Positions 5,568 to 8,578 of a stretch of DNA of 8,578 nt are shown here, one piece after another. Position 1 is the first letter of the stretch. Every line of letters starts with the position of its first letter. The DNA is from an uncultured Gammaproteobacteria bacterium. Its GTDB lineage: Bacteria > Patescibacteriota > Microgenomatia > Daviesbacterales > UBA10151. The notes beneath the pieces are model-generated. The model saw only the letters and a list, made by a program, of their open reading frames with translations. It was not told the DNA's origin and did no database searches. The stretch spans positions 1 to 8,578 of the forward strand of contig CAZFVS010000041.1 in NCBI GenBank assembly GCA_964522265.1. Reading direction: 5' to 3'. Position numbers and translations under genes: made by a program.

Positions 5568-7154
5568 TTAGTTCTTTTTTTTGTCTAATTTTAAAACATA
5601 GATTTCCCCAAATTGACGCTGGGAAGAGAGGGAATATCTTTTAAAAATCATATTTTCAAATTTTTCTCTTTGTATTTCATGAACTTTAGATTTAATTTCA
5701 ACCACCCAAATTGTTTGATCGTTTATTCGTTCCGGGTTGACAGGATTATAGTCTAATAGACGATTCATTGTCCTATTTGTATATACTGTTTCGTTGTTAG
5801 AAAAGTGATGTAATCCGGGCATTATATACGAGAAGTAGTTGTAAGTAGTAATCTCAGAATGGATGACAGATTGGCCCGGAGTAGTGTTATTGGCTAAGTA
5901 ACTGTCCAGTTGCGAAACATTTGAATAAAAATATTTAGCCATCAGTATCAGAGCAACAATGGGAAATAAGAAATACACAAGAGCAGTCCTTCTAAGATTA
6001 TTTAATGCTATTGCAATCAGCAGATAAAATGGTATTGAAAAAAGTATCAATGATCTGAATCCAAATACAGGTAAGTTTAATAGTGAAAAAATAATTAATA
6101 CAGTATGAGATATCAAAATAGTAGTGATTAAAAATTTCTTTTGTGAGTTATCCACCGCAGCAGAGCTGTTGGGTATTCGCACGCAGAATGAACTACCCTG
6201 CAGCAGAGCTGACGGGGTATCCTTCGGAAAGTTCTTCTGTGAACCATTCATCCCCGCATCGAAATGCGAGGTATTCTGGTTCAAGAATAAACCATAGATT
6301 GCGATCAGTGTTGTAAGTACAGCTAGAGAAATAAGAGCTGTATTTACTGGATTAAGCCGGTAATAGGGATAGAAGTTGGTTAATTGAGCGAGGTTGAGAG
6401 GAAATGAATAATTTATAGGTATGGATATTATTTTAAAAATCGTTACAGTCGGTAGAATTTCCCTGGGCAAGCGCTCTTGGTTTAAAAATGCATAATAAAG
6501 AGGCAGCGTTGTAATAACGGTGGAGAGATAGATTACAGCAAATTGTTTAAAGATTTTTGATCGGATACCTCTTGTTAAGAAAAGATAAAACCCAAAGCAA
6601 ATACCCAAAACCGGAAATAAATAATAGGTGTAATTGCCGATAAGCATGGAAGTAAATAAAAGTAATTTGTGTTTTGTCGAGTTGACCTTTAACAATTCCC
6701 AGAAATAATAAAAAATTAAAACGCTTATCAAAATTGATAGCGAGTACATCCTGACATTTATGCTGAAATATATTAAAGCCGGCGAGAAACAAAAAATAAG
6801 CGATGCTAACAGCCCCACTTTGGTATTAAATATAGATCTGCCCAACCTGCCTGCAAAAAAAATTGATGTAGCCCCGATAAATGCAGTTACCAGCCGAATA
6901 TAAATATAATTATGGGTGATTAAATTTAGGAAATGCAGTACAATTTGCCACAACGGTGGCCATGCGCTAATTGTTCCCTGAATCATCGGAATCAGAGGTT
7001 TTTTGGTAATTAATAGTTGGAAAGTTTCATCTCCGCCATCAAGTGGCAAAATAAGTGCAAATACCAGCCTTATTAAAAATCCCAGGACAGATATAATCAA
7101 TAAGTATTTGGTAAAAAGTGGTTTTCTGATTTGCAAATTCTTATGAATATTCAC
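5568..7154 (-). CDS. Polytopic GT-C fold membrane glycosyltransferase (PMT_2 / GT39 / ArnT-like), 528 aa, carrying an anomalous in-frame insert
   Basis: A basic N-terminus and TM1 are followed by a first-loop acidic motif, LPLDGGDETFQ. Multiple hydrophobic helices follow, then a C-terminal soluble domain of about 110 aa. It is clearly homologous to the adjacent ORF (PPL..H, IRL, IFN.K, SP.L.YFS, R.Y, FRS/LRS..NN blocks). The apparent start is GTG at 7152-7154, 5 nt from the upstream stop. The stop is TAA. Confidence 0.8.
   Translation of the reverse strand: MNIHKNLQIRKPLFTKYLLIISVLGFLIRLVFALILPLDGGDETFQLLITKKPLIPMIQGTISAWPPLWQIVLHFLNLITHNYIYIRLVTAFIGATSIFFAGRLGRSIFNTKVGLLASLIFCFSPALIYFSINVRMYSLSILISVLIFYYFWELLKVNSTKHKLLLFTSMLIGNYTYYLFPVLGICFGFYLFLTRGIRSKIFKQFAVIYLSTVITTLPLYYAFLNQERLPREILPTVTIFKIISIPINYSFPLNLAQLTNFYPYYRLNPVNTALISLAVLTTLIAIYGLFLNQNTSHFDAGMNGSQKNFPKDTPSALLQGSSFCVRIPNSSAAVDNSQKKFLITTILISHTVLIIFSLLNLPVFGFRSLILFSIPFYLLIAIALNNLRRTALVYFLFPIVALILMAKYFYSNVSQLDSYLANNTTPGQSVIHSEITTYNYFSYIMPGLHHFSNNETVYTNRTMNRLLDYNPVNPERINDQTIWVVEIKSKVHEIQREKFENMIFKRYSLSSQRQFGEIYVLKLDKKKN
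6147..6276 (-). repeat. GC-rich, repeat-built, hairpin-dense ~130-nt block inserted in-frame in the GT-C gene. It is a candidate RPE/MITE-like element or embedded structured RNA.
   Basis: By hand count, 69 of 130 nt are G+C in 6151-6280, against 12/50 in 6101-6150 and 18/50 in 6281-6330. A perfect 12-mer, GCAGCAGAGCTG, occurs at 6157-6168 and 6200-6211. The heptamer G(G/T)TAT(T/C)C occurs at 6147, 6172, 6216 and 6270. The 12-mer is translated in two different frames (NSSAA versus SALLQ). The adjacent paralog has only a short loop at the equivalent position. Confidence 0.55.
6252..6271 (-). other. 8-bp hairpin capped by a UUCG tetraloop in the sense (minus-strand) transcript
   Basis: The minus-sense RNA reads CCUCGCAU-UUCG-AUGCGGGG. 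It forms seven Watson-Crick pairs plus one G-U pair (6269/6254). That G-U becomes an A-C mismatch on the plus-sense RNA, which weakly favours minus-sense function. I folded it by hand and did not compute an energy. Confidence 0.5.
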
Positions 7155-7159
7155 ATCTG

Positions 7160-8578
7160 TTAAATAATAATATTTTGGGAAGGTTTGTTCTGTCTTGAGA
7201 AGATTAGAATTTTAATGTTACCCAAATCAATAATTCTAGGCTGACCCCTGGTTTTATTTAACATTCCGACCAGATTATTAAATTTACTATTCTCAATCCG
7301 GTCAACAGCATAAACTAAAATCGTATTTTTTGAGGAGTCAACTGTAGATATAATTTGGGGGGTTAAGGTAGTATACATTTGTTTTGGCAAGTCCTGTTTT
7401 AAAACATACCCGGCTTTGTTGTTTGAATAATACTTGCTTGGAAGATAAGTATACAAATTAACATGAATGATTTGACTGTCGTTATTGCTAAAATTTTTTA
7501 ACTCATTATTCAGTTGCAGTAAAGGTTCCTGGTTTAAAAAAAGTTTTTGGGAAGTAATAAAAATGACTGCTGAACTCAAAAAGGCATAAGTAAATAATAT
7601 GATTCTTGAAGCTTTAAAATTAAAAGAATTATTTATTACATAAGCAGACAGCATTAAGAAAATTGGGACTAAATATATAAAGCTACGAAGTGATATTAAC
7701 GGTCTGACAAATGATATGGCCACAATTATTAATAATGAAATGAAAAATAGAGATAATAACCAGCGAATTTTTGGAATACGAAAATAACTGATTGAGAAAA
7801 AAAATGTCAGGTTTGCAAACAGTACCACAAAGCCTAAAAATATTCTCAGGAGTAGCGGGTTTTGAGATTCAAAAAAACGTTTTAAAGAAAGGACACCATG
7901 TCCCCCAATGGACAAAAAGGCAAATATAGATCCTATACCCAAAACAGGATTAAAGCAGATACAACCCGGTCTTTCCTTAAAAAGTATCAGTAAAAGCCAG
8001 GGAAGAAAAAGGATTACAATCCAGAAATATGCAGTCGTCAAAAATCTAAGCCTAATCTTAAAAGTTGAATTTATTCGACTTGCTGCAGGTAAGGCGAGTA
8101 ATAACAGTAGTGCGTAATAGTGCGTATATAATCCAAGTGTGCCCGAGAATACAAACAAAAAAACATTTAATAAATTAGTTTTTTTGTGTAAATTCATATA
8201 GGTCAGAATTGTTAGCGCTCCCAGCAGTGCAAAAAGTGCATAGGGTCTGTTTTCGGAAGAGAAATATACCAGTGGGGGTGAGACACCTGCCAAAACCAGC
8301 ACAGAGAGTGCGGTTTTAGCATTAAAAATATTTTTAGTTATAAAATAAACTATAATTAATGTTAGTACTCCAAAGATTACTGAAGATAATCTTATCCAAA
8401 AGAAATTATGGGAAACTTTTTGCCAGTAATGCATAAAAAGGAAGTGTAGTGGTGGAGAGTTATCGTGGGCTTCTGTAAGTATTATCTGACCGGGTTGGTT
8501 TTCCGACACAAAGTAGTTATAAGCTTCATCCATCCAAAAATCATGTGAGAAAGCTGCGTAAACAATTATGATTAAAAA
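7160..8578 (-). CDS. Paralogous GT-C fold membrane glycosyltransferase (PMT_2 / GT39 / ArnT-like), 5'-truncated by the window edge
   Basis: The ORF track starts at the ATG at 8533, but the frame stays open to nt 8578. The extended reading is FLIIIVYAAFSHDFW-MDEAYNYF. This is a TM helix followed by the first-loop D..DE motif, which aligns with LPLDGGDETFQ of the neighbouring paralog. The true start and TM1 therefore probably lie beyond the window. Downstream there are about 10 hydrophobic helices and a C-terminal soluble domain. The stop is TAA at 7160-7162. Confidence 0.8.
   Translation of the reverse strand, partial: FLIIIVYAAFSHDFWMDEAYNYFVSENQPGQIILTEAHDNSPPLHFLFMHYWQKVSHNFFWIRLSSVIFGVLTLIIVYFITKNIFNAKTALSVLVLAGVSPPLVYFSSENRPYALFALLGALTILTYMNLHKKTNLLNVFLFVFSGTLGLYTHYYALLLLLALPAASRINSTFKIRLRFLTTAYFWIVILFLPWLLLILFKERPGCICFNPVLGIGSIFAFLSIGGHGVLSLKRFFESQNPLLLRIFLGFVVLFANLTFFFSISYFRIPKIRWLLSLFFISLLIIVAISFVRPLISLRSFIYLVPIFLMLSAYVINNSFNFKASRIILFTYAFLSSAVIFITSQKLFLNQEPLLQLNNELKNFSNNDSQIIHVNLYTYLPSKYYSNNKAGYVLKQDLPKQMYTTLTPQIISTVDSSKNTILVYAVDRIENSKFNNLVGMLNKTRGQPRIIDLGNIKILIFSRQNKPSQNIII

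Noticed and set aside
5453-5644. Plus-strand 63-aa ORF spanning the junction of two minus-strand genes
   Set aside because: It is antisense to the start of one supported gene and the end of another. It has no motif and is likely spurious.
6157-6211. Possible mini CRISPR array, because GCAGCAGAGCTG recurs at a 43-nt spacing
   Set aside because: There are only two copies of a 12-nt repeat, far shorter than CRISPR repeats. The sequence lies inside an intact ORF, and there are no cas genes or leader.
6207-6234. Hammerhead-ribozyme-like string on the plus strand (CUGACGG...GGAAAG)
   Set aside because: The catalytic core requires CUGANGA. Here the seventh position is G instead of A, and I could not draw proper stems I to III around it.
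6184-6276. tRNA or tRNA-like gene in the GC-rich patch (a GUUCA-containing loop is flanked by GGGUA/UACCC)
   Set aside because: I could not build a cloverleaf. There is no acceptor stem, no D-arm and no canonical T-loop (GTTCRANYC) context.
6547-6792. Minus-strand 81-aa ORF in an alternative frame inside the 528-aa GT-C gene
   Set aside because: It lies on the same strand within a longer ORF whose frame is supported by homology to the neighbouring paralog. There is no evidence for an overlapping gene.
7908-8117. Plus-strand 69-aa ORF antisense to the second GT-C gene
   Set aside because: It is a shadow ORF inside a supported membrane-protein gene.

Overview
The window is AT-rich (about one-third G+C by eye) and almost entirely coding. 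It holds a cell-envelope glycan biosynthesis locus. Six minus-strand genes are packed head-to-tail in one apparent operon. In transcription order they are: a GT-C membrane glycosyltransferase (7160..8578, N-terminus beyond the window edge), a paralogous GT-C (5568..7154), a 778-aa tandem GT4-GT4 fusion (3231..5567), a single GT4 (2039..3229), a GT2 (1108..2052) and a class I SAM-dependent methyltransferase (372..1091). The 3' end of a plus-strand membrane-protein gene (1..366, YfhO-like C-terminus, tentative) converges on the operon, with 5 nt between the stops. I found no rRNA, tRNA, CRISPR array, transposase, promoter or terminator that I can support. The composition, many GT-C paralogs, weak Shine-Dalgarno signals and standard genetic code fit a small-genome uncultivated bacterium (Patescibacteria/CPR-like), but that is only an inference. 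The most unusual signal is a ~130-nt block at 6147..6276 inside the 528-aa GT-C gene. It is 53% G+C by hand count, against 24-36% in its flanks, and it is built from nucleotide-level direct repeats that are translated in different frames. It is dense in hairpins and in-frame, and the neighbouring paralog lacks it. This resembles an in-frame palindromic mobile element (like Rickettsia RPEs) or an embedded structured RNA. A second GC-rich patch carrying the same 9-mer lies at the left window edge. All family assignments rest on motifs I recognised by eye; no searches were run.
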